NCBI GenBank assembly: GCA_963667465.2
Contig: CAXXDN010000001.1
Coordinates: forward strand, 608,001 to 672,000
Length of the DNA stretch: 64,000 bases
Reading direction: 5' to 3'
Origin: Dehalococcoidia bacterium
Lineage (GTDB): Bacteria > Chloroflexota > Dehalococcoidia > UBA2979
A program made the position numbers and the translations under genes. Positions 47,217 to 56,362 of the stretch are shown here, piece after piece; within the stretch, counting starts at the first letter, position 1, and each line of letters starts with the position of its first letter. The notes beneath the pieces were generated by a model, which saw nothing but the letters and a program-made list of their open reading frames with translations, was not told the origin of the DNA and did no database searches.

Positions 47217-47666
47217 GTGCCGCTGTCGTGCGACGACCGGCTCGACATCCTCGAGGTGGCCGCCCGTTACTGCCGGGCGCTCGATCGCGGGGACGCCGAG
47301 GGGCTCGAGGCCGTCTTCACGGAGGACGCCGTCTGGGAGTCCTCGGCGCGCGGGCAGCGTCGGGGCCGCTCGGCGATCGTCGACGAGTTCCGCGCGCGGG
47401 CGGAGCAGGCGCACACCCGCAAGCACTGGACCAGCAACGCCGTCATCGAGGGTGACGGAGACGAGGCCTCGCTGACGCTCGACCTGCTTGTGCTGCACCT
47501 CGATGATGGGGACGTGCGGCCGGGTACGAGCGGCGTGTACGAGGACAGGCTGAGGCGCGACGCCGCCGGTTGGCGGATCGCGTATCGCAAGATCACGGTG
47601 GACGGCCAGCGGGCCGGCTTCCGCGGCGTGCCGGCGCAGCCGGCGGGAAAGGATGCGACCCGATGA
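47217..47666 (+). CDS. SnoaL-like/NTF2 protein, copy 5
   Basis: DDRLDILEVAARYCRALD, FTED, KHWTSN, GVYED.L...GWRI..RK. Confidence 0.85.
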   Translation: MPLSCDDRLDILEVAARYCRALDRGDAEGLEAVFTEDAVWESSARGQRRGRSAIVDEFRARAEQAHTRKHWTSNAVIEGDGDEASLTLDLLVLHLDDGDVRPGTSGVYEDRLRRDAAGWRIAYRKITVDGQRAGFRGVPAQPAGKDATR

Positions 47667-48724
47667 GAGTCACATGCGGACTGCACCCCCACAAGAAGAT
47701 GGGCGAGGCCCCCGCCTTCGCTCGCAAAAGCGAGGCGATGGGCTACGACGCGCTCTGGGTGCCCGAGGCACAGCACAACCCGTTCACCGCGCTCGCGCTG
47801 GTCGCCGAGCACAGCGAGAACGTGCGCATCGGGACCAACGTCACGGTCGCCTTCGCCCGCTCGCCCTACGTGATGGCGAACCACGGCTGGGACCTGCAGG
47901 AGTACTCCGGCGGCCGCCTCGTGATTGGAATGGGCACCCAGATCAAGGGCCACAACGAGCGGCGCTTCTCCGTGCCCTGGGGCCCGCCTCACCCGCGGCT
48001 CCGCGAGTACGTGGAGATGATGAAGGCCTGCTGGCACACCTGGCGAACCGGCGAGAAGCCGAACTACGAGGGCGAGTACTACCGCTACACCCTCGACGCC
48101 TGGAACTGGAACCCGGGTCCGATCGACTACCCCGACCCGCAGATCGCCCTCGCGGCGGTCCGGCCGCTCAACACGCGGCTGGCCACCGAGGTCGCCGACG
48201 GCGTGCTCTGGCACGGCATGATGAGCTGGGCCTACCGCGACAACGTGCTCGTCCCCGCCCTCGAGGAGGGCGCGCGCCGCTCGGGCCGGGATCTGAAGGA
48301 CCTGATCGTCTCCGGGGGCGGCTTCGTCGTGACGGCGAAGACCGAGGACAAGCTGGTCGAGGCGATGGCCGAGCAGAAGCGCTGGATGTCCTTCTACGCC
48401 TCCACCCGCAGCTACCACCCGGCCATGATCATGGCCGGCCTCGAGGATGAGGCGATGCTGCTGCACCGGCTCTCGATCGAGCAAAAGTGGGCGGAGATGG
48501 TGAAGATCATCGACGACGACTTCCTCGAGAAGTTCGCGATCATCGGCACCTGGGACGAGATCCCCGCGAAGATGCGCGACGTGTACGGCGGCCTCAACAC
48601 CGAGATCAGCTTCAGCGCCGACATCGAGGACCCGGACGACGAGGACCACATCATCGAGGTGATGAACGAGATCAAGGCGATCCCGTCCTACGGCGAGATG
48701 GAGCGCACACCCGTCGCCGCCTGA
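47663..48724 (+). CDS. Luciferase-like (LLM) oxidoreductase, probably F420-dependent (TIGR03617-like), copy 1
   Basis: EAQHNPF, VAFARSP, WDLQ..SGGR..IG.GTQIKGHNERRF, FYASTRSY. Confidence 0.85.
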   Translation: MRVTCGLHPHKKMGEAPAFARKSEAMGYDALWVPEAQHNPFTALALVAEHSENVRIGTNVTVAFARSPYVMANHGWDLQEYSGGRLVIGMGTQIKGHNERRFSVPWGPPHPRLREYVEMMKACWHTWRTGEKPNYEGEYYRYTLDAWNWNPGPIDYPDPQIALAAVRPLNTRLATEVADGVLWHGMMSWAYRDNVLVPALEEGARRSGRDLKDLIVSGGGFVVTAKTEDKLVEAMAEQKRWMSFYASTRSYHPAMIMAGLEDEAMLLHRLSIEQKWAEMVKIIDDDFLEKFAIIGTWDEIPAKMRDVYGGLNTEISFSADIEDPDDEDHIIEVMNEIKAIPSYGEMERTPVAA

Positions 48725-48777
48725 CGCGGCGACGGGCCTCGCCGGACGCGGGCCGGCGGGAGGGGACGAGCAGCGCG

Positions 48778-49839
48778 ATGAGGGTGACGTGCGGGCTGCA
48801 CCCGCACCGGAAGATGGCCGAGGCCCCCGCCTTCGCGCGCAAGCGCGAGGCGATGGGCTTCGACGGGCTGTGGGTGCCCGAGGCGCAGCACAACCCCTTT
48901 ACGGCCCTCGCGCTGGTCGCCGAGCACAGCGAGCACGCGCGCATCGGCTCGAACGTCACGGTCGCCTTCGCGCGCTCGCCGTACGTAATGGCGAACCACG
49001 GCTGGGACCTGCAGGAGTACTCCGGCGGGCGCTTCATCATCGGCATGGGCACGCAGGTGAAGGGGCACAACGAGCGCCGCTTCTCGGTGCCGTGGGGCCC
49101 GCCCAACCCGCGCCTGCGCGAGTACATCGAGATGATGCGCGCCTGCTGGCACACCTGGCGGACCGGCGAGAAGCCGAACTACGAGGGCCGCTACTACCGT
49201 TACAGCCTCGACGCCTGGAACTGGAACCCCGGCCCCATCGACTACCCGGACCCGCCGATCGTGCTGGCCGCCGTGCGGCCGCTCAACACGCGGCTCGGCG
49301 CGGAGGTCGGCGACGGCGTGCTCTGGCACCGCATGATGAGCTGGGCCTACCGCGACCAGGTGCTCGTCCCCGCCCTCGAGGAGGGCGCGCGGCGCGCCGG
49401 CAAGGATCCGAAGGACCTCGTGATCGCCGGGGGCGGCTTCGTCGTCACGGCGAAGACCGAGGAGAAGCTCGTCGCCGAGCTGGCCGAGCTGAAGCGCTGG
49501 ATGTCCTTCTACGGCTCCACCCGCAGCTACCACGACGCGATGATCATGGCAGGCCTCGAGGACGAGGCGATGCTGCTCCACCGCCTTTCGATCGAGCAGA
49601 AGTGGGACGAGATGGTGAAGATCATCGACGACGACTTCCTCGAGAAGTTCGCCATCGTCGGCACCTGGGACGAGATCGCCGGCAAGATGCGCGAGGTCTA
49701 CGGCGGCCTCAACACCGAGATCCAGCTCCGCATGGAGATTGAGGACCCCGACGACGAGGAGCACATCAAGGAAATCATGGCCGAGGTCAGGACCATCCCC
49801 GGCTACGGCGAGATCGAGCGCCCCCCCGCCGCCGCGTAG
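48778..49839 (+). CDS. Luciferase-like (LLM) oxidoreductase, probably F420-dependent, copy 2
   Basis: Same length (353 aa) and motifs as copy 1; colinear paralog. Confidence 0.85.
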   Translation: MRVTCGLHPHRKMAEAPAFARKREAMGFDGLWVPEAQHNPFTALALVAEHSEHARIGSNVTVAFARSPYVMANHGWDLQEYSGGRFIIGMGTQVKGHNERRFSVPWGPPNPRLREYIEMMRACWHTWRTGEKPNYEGRYYRYSLDAWNWNPGPIDYPDPPIVLAAVRPLNTRLGAEVGDGVLWHRMMSWAYRDQVLVPALEEGARRAGKDPKDLVIAGGGFVVTAKTEEKLVAELAELKRWMSFYGSTRSYHDAMIMAGLEDEAMLLHRLSIEQKWDEMVKIIDDDFLEKFAIVGTWDEIAGKMREVYGGLNTEIQLRMEIEDPDDEEHIKEIMAEVRTIPGYGEIERPPAAA

Positions 49840-49843
49840 CCCC

Positions 49844-50467
49844 TCAGACCGGGCGGCGCCAGCGCGCCCAGTCGAACGCTGCGATGCCGTGCTCGGTGAG
49901 CTGCCAGATGCTCGGCTGCGGGCGGCCGTTCGCGATCTCGAGGAAGCCGATGGTGCCGAGGCGCGTCGCGAGGTTCCTCGGCAGCGTCGGGGAGCCGGGG
50001 TTCACGCAGAGCACGCCGTCGACCCACTCGACCCACTCGGAGTGCGTGTCGCCGAAGATCATCACGTCCAGGTCCGTGCGGCCGCAGTAGCGCTGCATCG
50101 CCCGCTCCAGCGTCCAGCCACCCTGGGCGGGCACGGGGACCGTGTGGGCGATGCCCACGAGCAGCCCGGCGAGCTCCAGCAGCCAGCCCTCGCGCAGCCG
50201 CGGGTCCTCGGGCTGCACGGGCCGCCCGCCCGAGCCGTCGTCGCCGTTGCCGCGCGCGACGTAGGTGGGCGCGACCTCCGAGAGCTCGTCGATCACGGAG
50301 AGGTCGTGGATGTCACCGGCGTGCAGGATGCAGTCCACGCCGCGGAACGCCTCGAACACCTGCGGCCAGAGCTTCGGCAGCGCCTCGGGAATGTGCGTGT
50401 CGGAGATCAACCCGATGCGCAGCGAGTCCGCGCTCGCGAGCCGTTCGAGGGCTTCGAGTTCCTGCAC
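49844..50467 (-). CDS. Metallophosphoesterase (YfcE/MJ0936 family)
   Basis: ISDTH, HAGDI, RGNGD, FGDTH, NPGSPT. Confidence 0.88.
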   Translation of the reverse strand: MQELEALERLASADSLRIGLISDTHIPEALPKLWPQVFEAFRGVDCILHAGDIHDLSVIDELSEVAPTYVARGNGDDGSGGRPVQPEDPRLREGWLLELAGLLVGIAHTVPVPAQGGWTLERAMQRYCGRTDLDVMIFGDTHSEWVEWVDGVLCVNPGSPTLPRNLATRLGTIGFLEIANGRPQPSIWQLTEHGIAAFDWARWRRPV

Positions 50468-50475
50468 TGACGCCG

Positions 50476-51279
50476 TCAGACCCCGCGCAGGTGGCTGAGC
50501 ACGGCGCGGGCGGCCTCGGCCGGTTGCTCCTCGACCACCATGTGGCCTGCGCCCGGCATGACTTGCGCGATCGCGTCTGGCAGCAGCGCGCGGTAGGCGT
50601 CGACGTACGGGCCGGGCGGGACGACGGCGTCCTCGGCGCCCCAGAGCAGCAGCGAGGCCGCGCGCACGCGGTAGGCGCGGCGCGCGAAGCCCTTGTCGGG
50701 CAGCGGCCAGAGGTACTTGGCCGCGCCGATCAGCCCGCGCCGCCGGGCGCGGTTCCAGAGTCGCGCCTCCTCGCGATCGGCGGGGGGCGTGAACATGCGC
50801 CTGGCCGCAGGGCTCTCGATGTCGGCGAAGATTGTGCGGGCGAGCGTGCCGGGGGTGAGACCGAAGATGTCCGGCTGCGGCGCTTCTTCCAGCCACAGCC
50901 CGAGCGCGCTGATCAGCGCCAGCCGCCGCACGCGCGCCGGAAAGAAGGCCGCGATCTCCTGCGCCAGAAACGCCCCGAACGAGTGGCCCACCACGTCGAC
51001 CGGCCCATCGAGGCCGAGCGCCGTGAGCAGGTCGTCGTGGTGCAGCGTGATCTCAGTGACGTTTTCGTAGACGAACTCCGCGCCCTCGGAGCCCTCGAAG
51101 CCGGGCGGCGAGGGCGCGTACACGGTCGCGCTCGCGGCGAGGGCGTCGATGAACTCGTCCTCGACGAGTCCGAAGGTGCCGTGCAGGTAGAGCAGCGGCG
51201 GCCCTTCGCCGGTGATGCGCACGGGCACCTCGACGGAGCCGTCGAAGGTGCGGACGAGGAGCTGCTGTTGCTCAGGCAC
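50476..51279 (-). CDS. Alpha/beta hydrolase
   Basis: YLHG, PGF, GHSFG, WGAED, AGH. Confidence 0.88.
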   Translation of the reverse strand: MPEQQQLLVRTFDGSVEVPVRITGEGPPLLYLHGTFGLVEDEFIDALAASATVYAPSPPGFEGSEGAEFVYENVTEITLHHDDLLTALGLDGPVDVVGHSFGAFLAQEIAAFFPARVRRLALISALGLWLEEAPQPDIFGLTPGTLARTIFADIESPAARRMFTPPADREEARLWNRARRRGLIGAAKYLWPLPDKGFARRAYRVRAASLLLWGAEDAVVPPGPYVDAYRALLPDAIAQVMPGAGHMVVEEQPAEAARAVLSHLRGV

Positions 51280-52474
51280 CGGGCGCCCTCCGCGCGTGCT
51301 GCGGGTACCACTCGTCTTCCCACTCGGAGTGGATGTGCCGCAGGTTCGGCAGCACCTCCTTCGCGATGCGGGTCATGTTGTACTCGGCGGTGTCGCGCGG
51401 CATCGAGCCGAAGTGCGCCATCACCATGATCGCGCCGAGGTTGATCTCCTTGACCAGCCACTCGAGCTTCTCGGTCACCTGCTTCGGCGAGCCGTGGATG
51501 ATCACGCCCTCGTCGATCAGCTGCGCCCACTTGCGCTCGATGATGCGCACGTCCGTGTATTCGGTGGTGAAGCCGCCGGCGATCGTCTTCTCCGTACGGT
51601 AGCCGGGGGCGTCGATGAAGCCGCCGTAGACGTGCTGGGTCTTGTTGTAGAACCACTCGATGTGCTCGGCGTAGAGCTGCTCGGCGTGCTCCTCGCTGTC
51701 GCCGACGCCGATGAACTGGATGATGCCGGCGCGGTAGGGATTGCGCGGCAGGTCGTAGGAGTCGACGACGGGCCAGAACTCCTCGAAGGTCTTCTGGGAG
51801 CGCTTGAAGCCGGAGAAGGAGAGTGCGGCGTACATGTGGCCGCGCTGGCAGACCCAGTCCCAGGTCTCGACGGAGCCGCCGCCGGGGATCCAGATCGGCG
51901 GGCGCGGCTGCTGGATGGGCCGGGGCCAGATGTTGACGTAACGGAGCTGCGTGTAGCGCCCGTTGAAGGCGAACGGCTCCGGCTCGGCCCAGGAGCGCGT
52001 GATCAGCTGCTCCGCCTCGCGGTACTTGTCGCGCAGCGTGACCGGGTTCTGCCCGTAGCAGTAGTTCGTGTCCATGCTCGTGCCGACGGGGAAGCCGGCG
52101 ACGATGCGGCCCCCGCTCATGCAGTCGAGCATCGCGATCTCCTCGGCGACGCGGGTGGGCGGGTTGTAGAGGGCGATGCTGTCGCCGAGCAGGACGATGG
52201 CGACGTCCTTCGTCTGGCGCGCGAGGGCGGCGGCGATGATGTTCGGCGAGGGCATCAGCCCGTAGCCGTTCTGGTGGTGCTCGTTTACGCACACGCCGTC
52301 GTAGCCCAGCGTCGAGGCGAGGACGAGCTCGTCGATGTACTCGTCGTACAGCTCGCCGGTCTTCCGCGGGTCCAGCAGGTCCGAGGGGATGTCGACCCAG
52401 ACGCTGTGATGTTCCTCGCTGAAGTTGTCGGGCAGGTGGCGGTAGGGCATGAGGTGGAAGAAGTAGAACTTCAC
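51272..52474 (-). CDS. LLM class flavin-dependent oxidoreductase
   Basis: NEHHQ, MPSPN, RVAEE.AMLD..SGGR, WPRP.QQP.PPIW. Confidence 0.9.
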   Translation of the reverse strand: MKFYFFHLMPYRHLPDNFSEEHHSVWVDIPSDLLDPRKTGELYDEYIDELVLASTLGYDGVCVNEHHQNGYGLMPSPNIIAAALARQTKDVAIVLLGDSIALYNPPTRVAEEIAMLDCMSGGRIVAGFPVGTSMDTNYCYGQNPVTLRDKYREAEQLITRSWAEPEPFAFNGRYTQLRYVNIWPRPIQQPRPPIWIPGGGSVETWDWVCQRGHMYAALSFSGFKRSQKTFEEFWPVVDSYDLPRNPYRAGIIQFIGVGDSEEHAEQLYAEHIEWFYNKTQHVYGGFIDAPGYRTEKTIAGGFTTEYTDVRIIERKWAQLIDEGVIIHGSPKQVTEKLEWLVKEINLGAIMVMAHFGSMPRDTAEYNMTRIAKEVLPNLRHIHSEWEDEWYPQHARRAPGA

Positions 52475-52582
52475 GCGCGCACTCTCCCTGGCTGCGGGCC
52501 CGCGCCTGCGAGCGCCTGCCGCATGATACGCGACCGCGTCACGAGGGCCGGTCCCGCCCGTCGCACCCGGGCCGGGTAGCAG

Positions 52583-52608
52583 CGGGGCCGCCCCTGCGGG
52601 CGGCCCCG
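52583..52608 (-). terminator. GC-rich hairpin after the enoyl-CoA hydratase gene
   Basis: Perfect 11-bp stem CGGGGCCGCCC/GGGCGGCCCCG with 4-nt loop; no U-tract. Confidence 0.45.
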
Positions 52609-52634
52609 GAAGCTCCAACCGAACGTCGAGGGCG

Positions 52635-53426
52635 TTAGCGGCCCTGGTAGTTGGCCTCGCGCTTCTCGGCGAAGGCGCGCGGGCCCTCCTTGGCGTCGTC
52701 GGTGTAGCGGATCGCCTGCGACTCGAAGTTCTCGATGCGCAGACCCTCGGCCAGCGTGGTGTTGAGGCCGCGGTAGGCCGCCTCCTTCGCCGCCATCACG
52801 GCCAGCGGGGCGTTCGCGCCGATCTCGGCGGCGATTTCGAGCGCCTTGTCCATCAGCTGGTCCGGCGGGACCACGTGGTTGACGAGGCCGATGCGGTGGG
52901 CCTCCGCCGCCGGGATGCGGCGGCCGGTCATCAGCAGCTCGAGCGCGACCCCGAACGGAACCAGCCGCCCGATGCGCTGCGTGCCGCCGGCGCCGGGGAT
53001 AATGCCGCGAGCGACCTCGGGGAGGCCGAACGAGGCGGTCTCCGAGGCGACGCGGATGTCGCACGCCATCGCCGTCTCACAGCCGCCACCGAGGGCGAAG
53101 CCGTTGACGGCGGCGATGATCGGCTTCCACATCTCCAGACCGCGGTAGAGCTGGGGCTCGGGCTGGTCCCAGAAGGTGTTGCGCTGCGGCGCACCACCGG
53201 CGGCGGCGTTGCGCTGCGCCATCTCCTTCAGGTCGGCGCCCGCGCTGAAGGCGCGGTCGCCGGCGCCGGTGATGACCACGCTGCGGATGTCGGAATCCTC
53301 GCGTACTCGTCCCCAGGCTTCGCCGACCGCGGCGATCAGCTCTGAGTTGAAGGCGTTCATCGACTCGGGCCGGTTGAGGGTCATCACAAACGTGTAGCCC
53401 TCCATGCGGGTTTCGAGTACGGCCAT
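52635..53426 (-). CDS. Enoyl-CoA hydratase/isomerase
   Basis: LNRPESMNA, AFSAGADL, KPIIAAVNG.ALGGGCE, FGLPE, EGPRAFAEKR. Confidence 0.93.
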   Translation of the reverse strand: MAVLETRMEGYTFVMTLNRPESMNAFNSELIAAVGEAWGRVREDSDIRSVVITGAGDRAFSAGADLKEMAQRNAAAGGAPQRNTFWDQPEPQLYRGLEMWKPIIAAVNGFALGGGCETAMACDIRVASETASFGLPEVARGIIPGAGGTQRIGRLVPFGVALELLMTGRRIPAAEAHRIGLVNHVVPPDQLMDKALEIAAEIGANAPLAVMAAKEAAYRGLNTTLAEGLRIENFESQAIRYTDDAKEGPRAFAEKREANYQGR

Positions 53427-53544
53427 GCGTGCAGTCTCCTTGCGTGTCCTCGTTCGTTTCGTTGTCACCCCTCGCCGTTCGAGGGCGCGGCGCAACGCTA
53501 CGCCGCCCCGCCCGTCGAGTCAAAGCGAGGCGGCGTGTCTGCTC

Positions 53545-56178
53545 CTACTGCGATCCTCCTCCGCCTCCCGTGACCGGCAAGCGAGGCGGTCCTCCCGACA
53601 TCTCCGAGTCTGTGCCGACCGCCGGCTGTCCCGCGCGGTCCCCCAGTGGCGCCTCGAACTCGCTGCCGCGCAGCCACTCGCCCGGCCGCAGATCGGCGGG
53701 CACGAAGCGCACGTCCGGCACGATCACGATGCCGTTGGCGTCCCGGAAGCCGATCTCGACGCGGCCGTCGGCCATGCGCCGTGCGCGGATCCGCCCGACG
53801 GACTCGCCATCCAGCTCGATCATGGTGCTGATCTTCCAGCGGTCGACCTCGGCGTCGGTCTCGAGGAACCGCTTCCGCGGGATGAACGTCCGGCCGTCCG
53901 CGAATTCAACGCCGTGCTCGAGCCGTCCATCCTCGGCGAGCTGGACGATGATGCGCAGCCGCACCGCCTCCGGCGCGACCGCCGCCACCGGTGGAGGTGG
54001 TGGCGGCGGCGGTATGAGCCGGAAGTGCAGCGCGGTGTCGTCGATCCCCAGCTGGCCCATGAACCGCGAGACGTCGCTCCTGGATCCCAGCGCTGCGCAG
54101 AGCGCGGCGTCCGTCGCGTACTGGTAGAGGGGAAGCGCGAACCGCAGCTCGTCGTCGAGCGTGAGCAGCGCGCCGCTGTCCGCAACGCCCGCGGCCGCGA
54201 GGGCGTCGCTCAGCTGGGCGGGGCCGGCGCCGCACGCGGCCCGTGCCGCGAGGTCCGCGATCAGCCACTGAGCGACGGCAGGCGGCTCACCGTCGGCGGC
54301 GGAGCGGGTCGCGCCGATGACCGCCCCGGACATCGCGGCCGGCGAGGCAACCACCTCGGCGTGGGTGAGCTGCGCGTGCACGGCGAGCGCCTCCTCGAGC
54401 GTAAGCCCCTCGCCCTCGGCGACCCGCGCCTGCAGCGCCGTCCAGGCGGCGGCCGACGTCGCGTAGGAGTCGGCTGCTGCCTGCGCTGCGGCGAGCAGCA
54501 GGTTCTCGGCGGCGACGGGGCTAATCAGCTCGCCCGCGGCGAACGCCTCGCCGAGCCCGGACGCGGCGACCGCGTCCGCGTACTGGCGGCCAATCGCCGC
54601 AAGCAGTGTCCCCGACGAGAGGTCCGCGAGGCTGACCGGCTCCCCGGTCGCCTCGCCCGGCTCGCCGAGCGCGGCGATCAGCGGGCGCTCGAAGATGCCG
54701 GCGAGCAGGTACTCCTGCACGGCGGCGACGTAGATCGCCTGCGCCTCCAGCGCCGGGTCAATCTCGGCTTCCGGGTCGTCGGCGACGTTGACCTCGGGCG
54801 TCACGGCGCCCGCTTCAGCTTCGTCCCCTTCGCTCGGGGTCGCCGCGACGATGTAGTCCGTGCCGTCGATGCTGATGGTGACAGGACCGAACGCCGGGCC
54901 GGTCTGCACCAGGATCTCCTGCCGGAGCACGTGGATGCCGATCTCGTCGTCGTCCGGGTTGAAGGCGGCGACGAGGACGATGACCTGGGTGGGGCCGGGC
55001 TCGCCGAGCGTGAGCTCAAGCGGCGGCGCCTCGGGGATGGCGATGCTCGCGGCGCTCGCCGTGGCGGCGCCGGAGTGGTACGAGCTGCCAGCCTGCCAGC
55101 GTGACGGCGACGCGGGGATGGGGCTGGTTCGGTCGAACCCGCGCCGTCCACCCAAGGCGTACACCCTCGCGTAGGAGCCGTCGGCCGGCAGAGCGGACTG
55201 GCCGAGGTTGCCGACGCGGTAGCCGACCGCGAAGGGCTGGCCCGCGATGATCTGGTCGGGAATGTCGAGCGCTTCGACCTTCAGCTTGAACGCGCTCTCG
55301 TCGACGAGGCTGACGGTCAGCGTGAAGTCATCGGGCGATGACACGCCGTCGCGCGCCCGGTAGGTGGTTGCCTCGACCAGGTACGTGCCCGCCGGCAGAT
55401 CGTTCTCGATCCGCGCGTCGTGCTGGGTGCCGCTGTCGTCGTCGCTGTCGATGAAGCTGCCATCCGGTCGCAGCAGATAGACGTAGGGATCGCCCTCTTC
55501 CGACACCACGTCGATCCGCACGAGGCCTTCCTCGGGCAGTTCGAAGCTGTAGGTGAACGCAGGGGCGTCCTCGCGGTAGCGGGCGCTGCAGGCGTGCGGC
55601 CCCCACGTCTCCTCGGCCGTCAGCGTCTCATCGGGTTCGAGGGCGCCGAGGTCGATCGGCACGCATTCCAGGTCGGCGTGAATGACGAGCGTGAAGTCGG
55701 CCGCGCCGCGTGCGCGGCCGGCGCCCATCGCCGCCTCGATGAGGTAGACGCCCGGCGCGAGGTCGCGCTCGATGCGTGAGTCGAGGCCGGAGCGGCGGCG
55801 GTCGTCGTTGTGCGCGAGGCGGCTGCCGTCGGCCGCCAACAGGTGCAGGTACGGGTCGCCGTCAGGAGACGTGAGGTCGATTCGGACGCGGACGGACTCG
55901 GCCAGTTCGAAGCGATAGGTGTGTGCGTCGCTGTTGGGGAGGAAGCGTGAATCGCAGTCCTCGGTGGTCCAGCGGCCGCTCGCCCGGAGTTCGCCCTCGT
56001 CCTCGCTGCTGAGTGTGCCGAGGTCGGTGACCGCGCAGTCCGCCGTCTGGGCGCCCGCGCGTCCTGGGCTCTCAAGTGCGAGCGCGACCGCAAGGAGCGC
56101 GATCGCTGCGCAGAGCGCCCCCACGAGGAGGTGGGCGCCTGAGCGGGCCGCGAGGCCCGCGTGGATCGTGTTGTGCAT
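53545..56178 (-). CDS. Large secreted protein: two PPC-like domains, CARDB-like segment, Ala-rich region, poly-Pro linker, duplicated C-terminal module
   Basis: Signal peptide ending AGA; two repeats of TY.FEL...VRID..S..GDPY..LL..DGS....DD...RIE.DL..G.YL.EA; VGNLG; RBS GGGGAG. Confidence 0.72.
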   Translation of the reverse strand: MHNTIHAGLAARSGAHLLVGALCAAIALLAVALALESPGRAGAQTADCAVTDLGTLSSEDEGELRASGRWTTEDCDSRFLPNSDAHTYRFELAESVRVRIDLTSPDGDPYLHLLAADGSRLAHNDDRRRSGLDSRIERDLAPGVYLIEAAMGAGRARGAADFTLVIHADLECVPIDLGALEPDETLTAEETWGPHACSARYREDAPAFTYSFELPEEGLVRIDVVSEEGDPYVYLLRPDGSFIDSDDDSGTQHDARIENDLPAGTYLVEATTYRARDGVSSPDDFTLTVSLVDESAFKLKVEALDIPDQIIAGQPFAVGYRVGNLGQSALPADGSYARVYALGGRRGFDRTSPIPASPSRWQAGSSYHSGAATASAASIAIPEAPPLELTLGEPGPTQVIVLVAAFNPDDDEIGIHVLRQEILVQTGPAFGPVTISIDGTDYIVAATPSEGDEAEAGAVTPEVNVADDPEAEIDPALEAQAIYVAAVQEYLLAGIFERPLIAALGEPGEATGEPVSLADLSSGTLLAAIGRQYADAVAASGLGEAFAAGELISPVAAENLLLAAAQAAADSYATSAAAWTALQARVAEGEGLTLEEALAVHAQLTHAEVVASPAAMSGAVIGATRSAADGEPPAVAQWLIADLAARAACGAGPAQLSDALAAAGVADSGALLTLDDELRFALPLYQYATDAALCAALGSRSDVSRFMGQLGIDDTALHFRLIPPPPPPPPVAAVAPEAVRLRIIVQLAEDGRLEHGVEFADGRTFIPRKRFLETDAEVDRWKISTMIELDGESVGRIRARRMADGRVEIGFRDANGIVIVPDVRFVPADLRPGEWLRGSEFEAPLGDRAGQPAVGTDSEMSGGPPRLPVTGGGGGSQ

Positions 56179-56362
56179 GTTTGGTCTCCCCCGCCGCATC
56201 GCGCCTAGTCTAGCAGGGTGCTGAAAGCCCCTTGAAGTCGGGGAACGGAGCGCTTCGAGGCATGGCGGTGCTCGGAACAACCCTTGAAAACAAAGGGCTT
56301 CCTGGTAGCCGCACGCAGCCGCTTCCGGGCCGGGACCGGCCCGGACGACTTTCGTCACCCTG

